From Candidatus Kuenenia stuttgartensis (lineage in GTDB: Bacteria; Planctomycetota; Brocadiia; Brocadiales; Brocadiaceae), in assembly GCF_900232105.1 (NCBI RefSeq), contig NZ_LT934425.1:690001-722000 (forward strand): a DNA stretch of 32,000 bases, written 5' to 3'. This document shows positions 1-7,020 of this stretch, in pieces (positions within the stretch are counted from its first letter, which is position 1; each line of letters begins with the position of its first letter). Under the pieces are notes generated by a model that saw only the letters and a program-made list of their open reading frames with translations, was not told the origin of the DNA and ran no database searches. The translations under genes and the position numbers were made by a program.

Positions 1-1
1 C

Positions 2-142
2 GTCAGAAGACTGCAAATGCGTATCGCAAAGGCTGTAAAGGAAGGAAGACCAGGCAAGGTGAAAGCTTTGCAATGGCTCCTTACCCACTCTTTCCACGCC
101 AAGCTCCTGGCTGTTAAAAGAGTGACCTCAAAATCGAGGTAA
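2..142 (+). pseudogene. Group II intron reverse transcriptase/maturase, N-terminal fragment only (46 codons then TAA)
   Basis: Frame-2 translation is [46 protein letters not shown]. It matches the conserved RVT_N / RT-0 region (..LQ.RI.KA...G...KVK.LQ.LLT.S..AK.LAV.RVT..). The RT palm, X and En parts are absent. Confidence 0.75.
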
Positions 143-184
143 AACAGTCTGGTTGTCCTACAAGGGCAGCTTATTGAAATACTT

Positions 185-218
185 GAGCTGTATGGTGGGA
201 AACTATCACGTACAGTTC
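185..218 (+). ncRNA. Group II intron domain V
   Basis: 34 nt, GAGCUGUAU-GGUGG-GAAA-CUAUC-AC-GUACAGUUC. It has a 9-bp lower helix with the AGC triad (186-188), a 5-bp upper helix, a GAAA tetraloop and the 2-nt AC bulge (208-209). Confidence 0.85.
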
Positions 219-221
219 TTA

Positions 222-256
222 GGAGGGTATCGGGCAGCAATGCCCGTGACCTATCC
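222..256 (+). ncRNA. Group II intron domain VI with candidate branch-point A253
   Basis: Inner helix CGGGCA/UGCCCG (231-236/241-246) closes a GCAA tetraloop. The basal helix 222-228/249-256 leaves A253 unpaired, a few nt from the inferred 3' splice site. Confidence 0.6.
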
Positions 257-273
257 GATTCCGTTGAAAGGAA

Positions 274-317
274 GTGAGGACGACCTCACCGCTCCAATAT
301 ACATAGGGGACGACCTC
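274..317 (+). promoter_or_regulatory. Guanidine-II (mini-ykkC) riboswitch
   Basis: Two hairpins each have an ACGA tetraloop closed by G-C pairs: GUGAGG-ACGA-CCUCAC (274-289) and GGGG-ACGA-CCUC (306-317). A 16-nt linker separates them. They lie directly upstream of a sugE/gdx gene, whose SD (GAAGG) is at 327-331. Confidence 0.8.
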
Positions 318-338
318 AGCATTTGTGAAGGCAAATAT

Positions 339-659
339 ATGGCGTGGATCATTCTTGTTATTGCGGGACTGTTTGAGACTGGCTGGGCGATCGGGTTGAA
401 GTACACCGAGGGGTTCACCCGATTGTGGCCTACGGTCTGGACAGTCTTGGCGATGATTATCAGTCTTTGGTTACTGGGCATTGCCTTGAAGTCGCTTCCG
501 ATTGGCACCGCTTACGCCATTTTGGTAGGAGTTGGAACCGTCGGAACCGTTGCGCTAGGCATCGTACTGTTTGGAGAATCTACGAATACTGCCCGGCTCA
601 TCAGCATTGCTCTGATTATTGCCGGTATCGTCGGGCTTAAGCTTGCGACACCGGCCTAA
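339..659 (+). CDS. sugE: SMR-family guanidinium exporter (SugE/Gdx)
   Basis: 106 aa counted from ATG339 ([26 protein letters not shown]...), with four TM segments and the membrane-embedded Glu in LFETGW. This is typical SugE. The tracked ORF start at 153 is an artefact. Confidence 0.9.
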   Translation: MAWIILVIAGLFETGWAIGLKYTEGFTRLWPTVWTVLAMIISLWLLGIALKSLPIGTAYAILVGVGTVGTVALGIVLFGESTNTARLISIALIIAGIVGLKLATPA

Positions 660-813
660 CAACGTGTTCAACCCTGACGAGCAAAAACATCGCTTCTCTC
701 TGCTTTTGCTAGTCGGTTAATATGAACATTACCCCAAAAAACAATACTTCTATTATTCATGTGACGTGCTATACTAATAAAAACAATAACCTTGAATTTG
801 AGGGAAGAACAGT

Positions 814-1014
814 ATGTCAACTGTAAGCAAAATCAAAGAAGCGATAGAAACCCTTCCAGAAAATGAGTATGTCCAATTGAGGCAGTGGTTTTTGGAAAAA
901 GACTGGGAAAAATGGGATAATCAGATTTTAGCGGATTCAGAAGCAGGAACGCTGGATCCCCTGATCAAGGAAGCCTTTGAAGAAAAATCGAAGGGAAAGC
1001 TTAAAGAACTATAA
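814..1014 (+). CDS. Type II antitoxin (partner of a ParE/RelE-like toxin)
   Basis: 66 aa. The pattern IKEAIETLPENEYVQLRQWFLEKDWEKWDNQI..DSEAG.LD.LI.EA is typical of small antitoxins encoded 5' of ParE-like toxins. SD GAGGGA lies upstream, and the stop TAA abuts the next ATG. Confidence 0.7.
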   Translation: MSTVSKIKEAIETLPENEYVQLRQWFLEKDWEKWDNQILADSEAGTLDPLIKEAFEEKSKGKLKEL

Positions 1015-1275
1015 ATGCATCGGACAACAAATCGATCCTGAAAATATTTTGAGAATCTTCCACCACTTGTTCAAAAGAGAGCTAAGAAGAATTTTGAGCT
1101 TCTCAAAAAGAACCATTCGCATCCATCTCTTCATTTTAAAAAAGTTGGAGAGCTTTGGTCAGCCAGAGTCGGAATGAATCATAGGACACTTTCTGTTGAA
1201 AATGGTAAAGATTATATTTGGGTTTGGATAGGTACTCACGATGAGTACGAGTGTATGATTAATAAAAAGGTCTAA
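1015..1275 (+). pseudogene. ParE/RelE-like toxin interrupted by an in-frame TGA at codon 9
   Basis: Translation is MHRTTNRS*KYFENLPPLVQKRAKKNFELLKKNHSHPSLHFKKVGELWSARVGMNHRTLSVENGKDYIWVWIGTHDEYECMINKKV*. It carries the HPSLHFKK..WS.R....R.L......W.WIGTH.EY signature. The TGA is at 1039-1041, in the same frame as ATG1015. Confidence 0.7.
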
Positions 1276-1436
1276 CAAGCGCATTAAGCTAACCACCAAT
1301 ACTATATGCGATTTAATATTTATTGAGGCTGCCGCTTCAAGCCTTTCTTGCAAGCATTACGTACAGGCGGTGGTTGCTTATACGAGACATCAGCAGCAAG
1401 TATTGGCAATAAATCAATCTGTACATCGGGGTTAAT

Positions 1437-1913
1437 ATGAGTGGAATAAAAGATATATCCGACCGAATGGGGCGAGTTGTTTATGGCCTAATTAGTTTAA
1501 GCCTAGGGCTTATAAGTTTCGCAATGATGGTGGTTGCCTTATGGGGCATTTGGGTCTCAGTACACGAAAAAACCCTTCTTGAGAAAGCTCTTCTTGATGC
1601 AATTGGTTTGATTGTGATTGGAATGGCAGTCTTTGATGTTTCCAAGTTTTTGGCGGAGGAAGAGGTCTTTAACAGTGGTGGCGCGAAATCGCCCACAAAA
1701 CAGAGAGAGAGCTTATTAAAGTTTCTCGCCATCATTGCCATCGCTGTAAGTCTGGAAGCCCTGGTGTTCATTTTTGATGCCGGGAAAAAAGAAATTAGTA
1801 GTTTGATTTATCCAACATTTTTGTTAATCGCTGCGGTTTCGGTGGTGGTCGGTCTTGGTGTGTATCAAAAACTGACTCGGAATGATGGGGATTCATCGCA
1901 AAACAACCTATAG
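1437..1913 (+). CDS. Hypothetical integral membrane protein (about 4 TM)
   Basis: 158-aa ORF with clear hydrophobic helices. I recognised no family. Confidence 0.5.
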   Translation: MSGIKDISDRMGRVVYGLISLSLGLISFAMMVVALWGIWVSVHEKTLLEKALLDAIGLIVIGMAVFDVSKFLAEEEVFNSGGAKSPTKQRESLLKFLAIIAIAVSLEALVFIFDAGKKEISSLIYPTFLLIAAVSVVVGLGVYQKLTRNDGDSSQNNL

Positions 1914-2191
1914 TCGCGATGACAGTTCGAATGTAACGGTAGCGTATTTTTGTAGATGGTATATGTTCGATGTTTAAGAGCAAATGCATGGCTACTAACA
2001 ACTGGGGCAAGTTGACGCCAAAAGACGGCACAACTTACCCAAAACGTTAGTCATATATACTCTAAACGGTTGAGATTTTAACTTTTTACAAAAGACTTAA
2101 ATTTCACATCCACAAAGCTTTACAGCCGGAATTATGCCAAAAATAAAAGTTAATTTTTAACCCGTTTGGGGTATAGAGAAGGAGAATTGAC

Positions 2192-3814
2192 ATGAAAGAT
2201 ATGGCGTTCACCCCAGTGCTTCGCGCGGATCACGCTCTGCCGGAGCAGTATCGCATTTCAAAACCAATGGATCAGCGAGAATACCTCTGCAATGGTACAA
2301 TCAAGAACTGGACAGGACCACGGCAAGATGTGCTGTCCCCGATCTGCGATATGCACAACGGTACCATTCAGCAGAGACGTATCGGCAGCTATCCTTTGCT
2401 CACGGAGCAACAAGCAATCGAGACCCTTGAGGCCGCCTGCCAGGCGTATGATCACGGGCGGGGTACATGGCCAACCATGTCGATTGCGGAACGGATCACG
2501 CATGTGAAGGGGTTTACCGGACGGATGAAGGAGCGAAGAGCTGATGTTGTCAAACTTCTGATGTGGGAGATTGGAAAGACACTTCCTGATGCGCAGAAGG
2601 AATTCGATAGGACGGTTGACTACATAACGGACACCATTGATGCGCTGAAAGACCTGGATCGTGTTTCATCGCGGTTTGTTATTGAGCAGGGAGTGATCGG
2701 CCAGATCCGCCGTGTGCCACTTGGCGTGGTGCTTTGCATGGGGCCTTTCAACTACCCGCTCAATGAAACATTCACAACCCTGATACCTGCCCTCATCATG
2801 GGCAATGTGGTTATTTTCAAACCGCCGAAACTAGGCGTCTTACTCCATCACCCACTTCTTGAGGCATTCCGGGATTCCTTCCCCAAAGGCGTGGTTAATA
2901 CCGTCTATGGTAAAGGGCAGAGAGTTATTGGCCCCATTATGAAATCCGGCAAAGTCGATGTGCTCGCCTTCATTGGGAGCAGCCGGGTTGCCGATATTCT
3001 CAAACAGCAACATCCAAAACCGCATCGCCTGCGCTGCGTGCTCGGTCTTGAGGCCAAGAACGCCGGAATTGTCTTGAAGGACGCTGACCTGGACCTCGCT
3101 GTGAAAGAATGTGTATTGGGATCTCTCTCCTTCAATGGTCAACGTTGCACAGCCCTCAAGATGCTCTTCGTTCATAAAGAGATTGCCGATGCGTTCATAA
3201 CGAAGTTCAGCGACGCTGTTGATAGGCTCAAGAGTGGAATGCCGTGGGATGAAGGCGTTCAGATCACGCCGCTGCCTGAACCCAACAAAACGACCTACCT
3301 CACGGAACTGATAGAGGACGCTTGCAGCAAAGGAGCACGAGTAGTCAATAAGGATGGCGGCGTCGTAAGGCAGACCTTCATTGTTCCAGCCGTTGTATTC
3401 CCCGTAGGCCCTGGCATGAGATTGTTTTCCGAGGAGCAGTTCGGCCCGGTTGTACCGATTGCTACGTTCAGCAACATCGAAGAGCCAATGAACTACGTAA
3501 TTCAATCAGACTACGGTCAGCAAGTCAGCCTATTCGGGAGCAATACGAATCTTATTGGCGAAATCATAGACACTATGGTGAATCAAGTATGCCGGGTAAA
3601 CATAAACAGTCAGTGTCAGCGTGGCCCTGACACATTTCCCTTCACAGGCAGGAAGGATTCCGCAGAAGGAACGCTATCCGTTTCGGATGCGCTGAGGGTC
3701 TTTACCATTCGGACGCTTGTAGCAGCGAAAGAGACCGAAGCAAACAGGCAAATCCTAAAGACCATTGTCACGGAGCGGAAATCACGATTTCTCTCGACGG
3801 ACTTTATCCTCTGA
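2192..3814 (+). CDS. Aldehyde dehydrogenase family protein, GapN-like (non-phosphorylating, probably NADP-dependent)
   Basis: 540 aa with ALDH motifs: GPFNYPLNE, FKPP, catalytic Cys in FNGQRCTALK, EEQFGPV, and a RGPDTFPFTGRKDSAEG tail as in GapN-type enzymes. SD AAGGAG is at 2178-2183. Confidence 0.85.
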   Translation: MKDMAFTPVLRADHALPEQYRISKPMDQREYLCNGTIKNWTGPRQDVLSPICDMHNGTIQQRRIGSYPLLTEQQAIETLEAACQAYDHGRGTWPTMSIAERITHVKGFTGRMKERRADVVKLLMWEIGKTLPDAQKEFDRTVDYITDTIDALKDLDRVSSRFVIEQGVIGQIRRVPLGVVLCMGPFNYPLNETFTTLIPALIMGNVVIFKPPKLGVLLHHPLLEAFRDSFPKGVVNTVYGKGQRVIGPIMKSGKVDVLAFIGSSRVADILKQQHPKPHRLRCVLGLEAKNAGIVLKDADLDLAVKECVLGSLSFNGQRCTALKMLFVHKEIADAFITKFSDAVDRLKSGMPWDEGVQITPLPEPNKTTYLTELIEDACSKGARVVNKDGGVVRQTFIVPAVVFPVGPGMRLFSEEQFGPVVPIATFSNIEEPMNYVIQSDYGQQVSLFGSNTNLIGEIIDTMVNQVCRVNINSQCQRGPDTFPFTGRKDSAEGTLSVSDALRVFTIRTLVAAKETEANRQILKTIVTERKSRFLSTDFIL

Positions 3815-3855
3815 TCAATACGGGTCGATTTTGAACAATATCATTGAGATAAATC

Positions 3856-4128
3856 ATGATAGAATATTACACTAAACGTCCTTTAAATCGCCCACCGATT
3901 CATCCCGGTGAAATTCTGTGTGAAGATGTGCTTTCAGCGCTTGGAATTTCTATAAGCGAAGCCGCACGAAAATCAGGTATTTCCAGACAACAGTTGCACC
4001 GTGTCCTATCCTGCACTCATCCCATTACAACGGAGATGACGCTTAGTATCGGAAAGTTTGCCGGCAACAGCCATGGGCTTTGGTTGCGCATGCAGCAAGC
4101 ATATGATTTGTGGTATGCGCAACAATGA
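3856..4128 (+). CDS. higA: HigA-family antitoxin (XRE-type HTH), no adjacent HigB
   Basis: 90 aa with IHPGEIL.EDVL, the HTH ISISEAARKSGISRQQLHRVLS, and the LWLRMQQAYDLW C-terminal motif. Confidence 0.8.
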   Translation: MIEYYTKRPLNRPPIHPGEILCEDVLSALGISISEAARKSGISRQQLHRVLSCTHPITTEMTLSIGKFAGNSHGLWLRMQQAYDLWYAQQ

Positions 4129-4497
4129 ATGAAAGACGGGCTAGCTGAAATTGGGACAGTTGTATCGGCAGATTCCGGCTCCTAACCATGCTCTTGCAGC
4201 GGATAGCAAAAAACCGCACCTGCTGAATAACAGTGTTAGATCAATACCACGTACAAAAGAATAATTCTTTTTTACAACGGAGCAGAAAGCGGACATCATG
4301 ACTTCAAATATTCCCTTTATTGAGGAGATGCTATTTACAAGGAAAATGCTCCCTACACGAAGCTTCGCTTACTTGCTAAATGGAAGCGAAAACTTCCAAT
4401 GCAATTACGTTCCCAAGCCGGGGGTGCATTCCCGATTTTTTGTAAATATAGTCAAAAAACAAGGTTTTCGGAAGATGAATAATAAAATTTATTGCAA

Positions 4498-4553
4498 GGG
4501 TGGTACGGGCATTCCTGCCTGTATTCTGCACAGGCAAAATGCCTGTGCCACCC
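4498..4553. other. Long near-perfect hairpin inside the MITE-like element
   Basis: GGGTGGTACGGGCATTCCTGCCTGT-ATTCTGC-ACAGGCAAAATGCCTGTGCCACCC forms about 23 bp of pairing with one small internal loop. Confidence 0.6.
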
Positions 4554-4589
4554 GTATAGACAGGCAGCTTGTGTATTAAATATCACAAG

Positions 4590-4698
4590 CAGTCATCATG
4601 TTTCATTCGCAACACCCAGAAACGATGAAAATGGTTTTATAACCATATCGTGTGGTAGTATCTGTGCCTAAACTATTTTTTGTAGTCTTACTTCCGAG
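4590..4698 (+). repeat. 109-bp direct repeat, copy 1
   Basis: Aligns without gaps to 5019-5127 with 14 mismatches (about 87% identity). Confidence 0.85.
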
Positions 4699-4795
4699 TT
4701 GGAAACATCTGGCATTTCTGTTTCTGTACCGATTCAAATGTATAATGGCCATCCAAAAGGTATCAGCTTGTAATCGCGAGGGTCTTTTTCAGCTC

Positions 4796-4986
4796 GTCAT
4801 TGCGAGGGTCTTTTCTGAAGCAATCAATATACTACGAGATATTTCGTGACGTAAGAAACGCCATATCGCGGGAGAAACAAATTAAGGGTGGCTCAAGGGC
4901 TAAAAAAACAGAATTAATTAATGGAATGAATGCAGGGGTCTATGACGGTTTATGAGATTGCTTCGGAAAAAGACCCTCGCAATGAC
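4796..4986. repeat. ~30-bp inverted repeat pair bracketing the GIY-YIG remnant
   Basis: GTCATTGCGAGGGTCTTTTCTGAAGCAATC (4796-4825) matches the reverse complement of 4956-4986 with one indel. A partial extra copy of the left arm lies at 4775-4795. Confidence 0.8.
4830..4955 (+). pseudogene. GIY-YIG (UPF0213-type) nuclease, C-terminal remnant only
   Basis: Translation YYEIFRDVRNAISREKQIKGGSRAKKTELINGMNAGVYDGL* matches the C-terminal ..A..REKQIKGWSR.KK..LI...N motif of small GIY-YIG proteins. The N-terminal GIY/YIG part is missing. Confidence 0.7.
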
Positions 4987-5018
4987 AAGCTGATGCCTCG
5001 TAATGACAAAATAAGTCT

Positions 5019-5127
5019 CAGTCATCATGTTGTATTAGCAACACCCAGAAACGAGAAAAATGGGTTTATAGCCATATCGTGTTGTAGTATTTGTACTTAA
5101 ACTATTTTTTATAGTCTTATTTTCGAG
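5019..5127 (+). repeat. 109-bp direct repeat, copy 2
   Basis: See copy 1 (4590-4698). Confidence 0.85.
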
Positions 5128-5237
5128 CCAGGATGCTTGTGTTACATTGTGCAGATAATTACAAAAAATCGGGAATGCACCCCAAGCCGGAGTTTGGAAG
5201 TAAGCATTTTTATTTTTTCAATATTTCTTTTTAAAAA

Positions 5238-6191
5238 ATGACAATAACATACATATATAAAACAATAGAAAAGGCATTGTCTTTCAGAAAAGGTTACATA
5301 GATAACGCTCATACCAATGTGTATCGTTTACTAAATTCTTATGGCGACAATCTGCCGGAGGCAACGATTGATATCTATGACAACACTGTCCTTGTGCAAT
5401 ATTTTAAAACACACGAAGACCGCACAAAAAAGGAAATTTATGAAGCGGTACAAAAACTAATATCTCCCGAATGTATAATAGAAAAGGAAAGATTAAAGGG
5501 AAGAGACGTTGTCACCCGCTTAATATCGGGGAAAGAAATCCCAGATAATTATGTTGTCATTGAAAATGGAATACAGTTTTGCACTTCTTTTAATGATGGA
5601 GGCGGAACCGGGCTATATTTAGACCAGCGGGATAACAGGAAAAAGGTGCAATCTTTTGCTCGCGGCAAAGAGATTTTGAACTGTTTTTGTTATACATCGT
5701 CATTTTCCGTTTACGCATGCGCAGGAGGTGCAGCAAAAACAACAAATATCGATCTATCCGGAAAGGCAATAGCGTGGAGCAAAAATAATTACGTATTGAA
5801 TCAAATTGATGTCAATAATCATGATTTTATTGCCGGAGACGTGTGGGAATATTTTAAAATATTCCAAAAAAGGGGGAAAGAATTTGATGTGATAATTCTG
5901 GACCCGCCCAGCTTCTCGACAAGCAAGTTGAGGACATTTACTGTGGAAAAAGATTTTCCTGAATTGGTTGGTTTGGGACTCAACATTCTTAGAGAAAACG
6001 GAATCCTTGTATTTTCAACAAATATTGCCAAAATGACTCTATCGAGGCTATTTCAGTCGTTGCCAAAAATTAAGTCCCATACTAAGAAGTTATTTAAAGT
6101 CATTAATGTTTCATCGCAAGGACTTGATTTTCCTGTTGATGGCATTTATGTAAATGAACCCTACTTGAAATTTATTATGTTCTCCTGTTAA
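5238..6191 (+). CDS. Class I SAM-dependent methyltransferase, RlmI/RlmK-like (no PUA domain)
   Basis: 317 aa with GLYLDQRDNRKKV, NCFCYTSSFSVYA and ILDPPSFS motifs, as in rRNA m5C/m2G methyltransferases of the RlmI family. Confidence 0.8.
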   Translation: MTITYIYKTIEKALSFRKGYIDNAHTNVYRLLNSYGDNLPEATIDIYDNTVLVQYFKTHEDRTKKEIYEAVQKLISPECIIEKERLKGRDVVTRLISGKEIPDNYVVIENGIQFCTSFNDGGGTGLYLDQRDNRKKVQSFARGKEILNCFCYTSSFSVYACAGGAAKTTNIDLSGKAIAWSKNNYVLNQIDVNNHDFIAGDVWEYFKIFQKRGKEFDVIILDPPSFSTSKLRTFTVEKDFPELVGLGLNILRENGILVFSTNIAKMTLSRLFQSLPKIKSHTKKLFKVINVSSQGLDFPVDGIYVNEPYLKFIMFSC

Positions 6192-6338
6192 CCATTGACC
6201 GTAACAGGAAAACCATGGAAAAGTATGACATATTCAAGGGGTTCACAAAATGTGATTTTAGAAATGTTATAACTATTTATATCAACAAAAGTTTAAATCT
6301 AATTTAGAAATCTCTATTTATGAACCCTTACAGTATAA

Positions 6339-6653
6339 TCACTGTTTTTTGTTTTTCTTTTTAATAAGATACGTGGAATACAGAGAAACGCCCAGCAATA
6401 TGATTATACCCGATATGCCAAAGTATATCCTTTTGTCAAATCCTTTTTTCAGGTCCTGCAAAGTAAGGTCATGGCGAGGAGAATACTTTTCCATGTGAAA
6501 ATCATCCCGTTTTGTAAACCCCAATGTGCTATCAGGAATTTCTTTGGTAAAACTAGGTTTTTTCACCATCGGTGGAACGACAAAAAATATAATGCCAATC
6601 AAAAAAGTAATACCAAAAACAATATACATTAATACATTATTTTTTTGCTTCAT
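6339..6653 (-). CDS. Hypothetical small membrane protein (2 TM)
   Basis: 104-aa ORF with SD AGGAGAG upstream of the ATG and two hydrophobic helices. Confidence 0.55.
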   Translation of the reverse strand: MKQKNNVLMYIVFGITFLIGIIFFVVPPMVKKPSFTKEIPDSTLGFTKRDDFHMEKYSPRHDLTLQDLKKGFDKRIYFGISGIIILLGVSLYSTYLIKKKNKKQ

Positions 6654-7020
6654 TATATATCACTCTCCTATTTTCTCTATAAATTATACTCATTTCCCAA
6701 AATACTATTGTACCGCCGACGAAAATTAATTCTATAAATAAACCGGAGGTTGTCAATATAATAAAGGGAATGGTTCCGCCCCTTCCTCTAAACCATAACA
6801 AGAATGAGATGTAACATCCATCAACTCTTAGGAGATGCTTTAGTTGGCCGGGTTTATTGCCCGAAAATCCCGGCGGGTTTGTAACGTGATCCGGCAAATG
6901 TATCGTGACTTCCGTCCATCTAAATAGGTATTGCCGTGTTCATTGTAAACATTGTATATTTTATTATCGGCAAAAGTCCTTTTTATTTTTTAATCAAATC
7001 GATTCATATGAGGAGGTTTT

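Larger units (their letters stand above)
1..259 (+). mobile_element. 3' part of a group II intron, internally deleted (window begins inside the intron ORF)
   Basis: RT N-terminal stub at 2-142 is followed within ~40 nt by canonical domain V (185-218) and domain VI (222-256). The 3' boundary near 259 is estimated from the bulged A253 and is approximate. Confidence 0.8.
4421..5183. mobile_element. MITE-like non-autonomous element (perfect 25-bp terminal inverted repeats)
   Basis: GGGGTGCATTCCCGATTTTTTGTAA at 4421-4445 is exactly the reverse complement of 5159-5183. Both ends are flanked by the direct repeat AAGCCG (4415-4420 and 5184-5189). Because the boundary is ambiguous, this repeat can be extended to CCCAAGCCGG. 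No intact ORF lies inside. Confidence 0.5.

Noticed and set aside
153-338. N-terminal 62 codons of the tracked ORF 153..659 (TTG start), which would make a 168-aa SugE fusion
   Set aside because: This stretch reads straight through group II intron domains V and VI and both riboswitch hairpins. SugE/Gdx proteins are about 105 aa, and ATG339 has a proper SD. The extension is a translation artefact.
1039-1041. Possibility that TGA is recoded (Sec, Trp or Gly), because two conserved-looking ORFs (toxin at 1039, surface protein at 28477) contain in-frame TGA
   Set aside because: Well-conserved genes in the window terminate at TGA at the expected length (ALDH at 3812-3814, higA, carA, the ArnT-like gene). 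I saw no SECIS-like context. Nonsense mutations in decaying genes are the simpler explanation.
2840-3505. Long antisense or alternative-frame ORFs inside large genes (for example 2840..3505-, 10341..10904+, 11262..11966+, 12078..12542+, 20043..20564+, 17784..18107+)
   Set aside because: They lie entirely within strongly supported genes on the opposite strand, have low-complexity or odd composition, and show no recognisable motifs. These are typical shadow ORFs.
4298-4849. Tracked ORFs 4298..4579 and 4652..4849 inside the repeat island
   Set aside because: They read through inverted repeats, the 56-nt hairpin and the direct repeat. They have no SD and no family resemblance, so they are probably non-coding.
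4612-5090. A 16-codon minus-strand mini-ORF present in both 109-bp direct repeats (MVIKPFSSFLGVANET / MAINPFFSFLGVANTT)
   Set aside because: There is no SD. The nucleotide differences between the copies are mostly non-synonymous (4 of 16 residues changed), so nothing indicates selection on a peptide.
6637-6897. Tracked ORF 6637..6897 (minus strand, 86 aa) in the 6654-7020 intergenic region
   Set aside because: It overlaps the start of the neighbouring gene, has no SD and has odd composition. I also looked for a riboswitch-like structure here (CCGGG/CCCGG hairpins at about 6845-6880) but could not match any known class.
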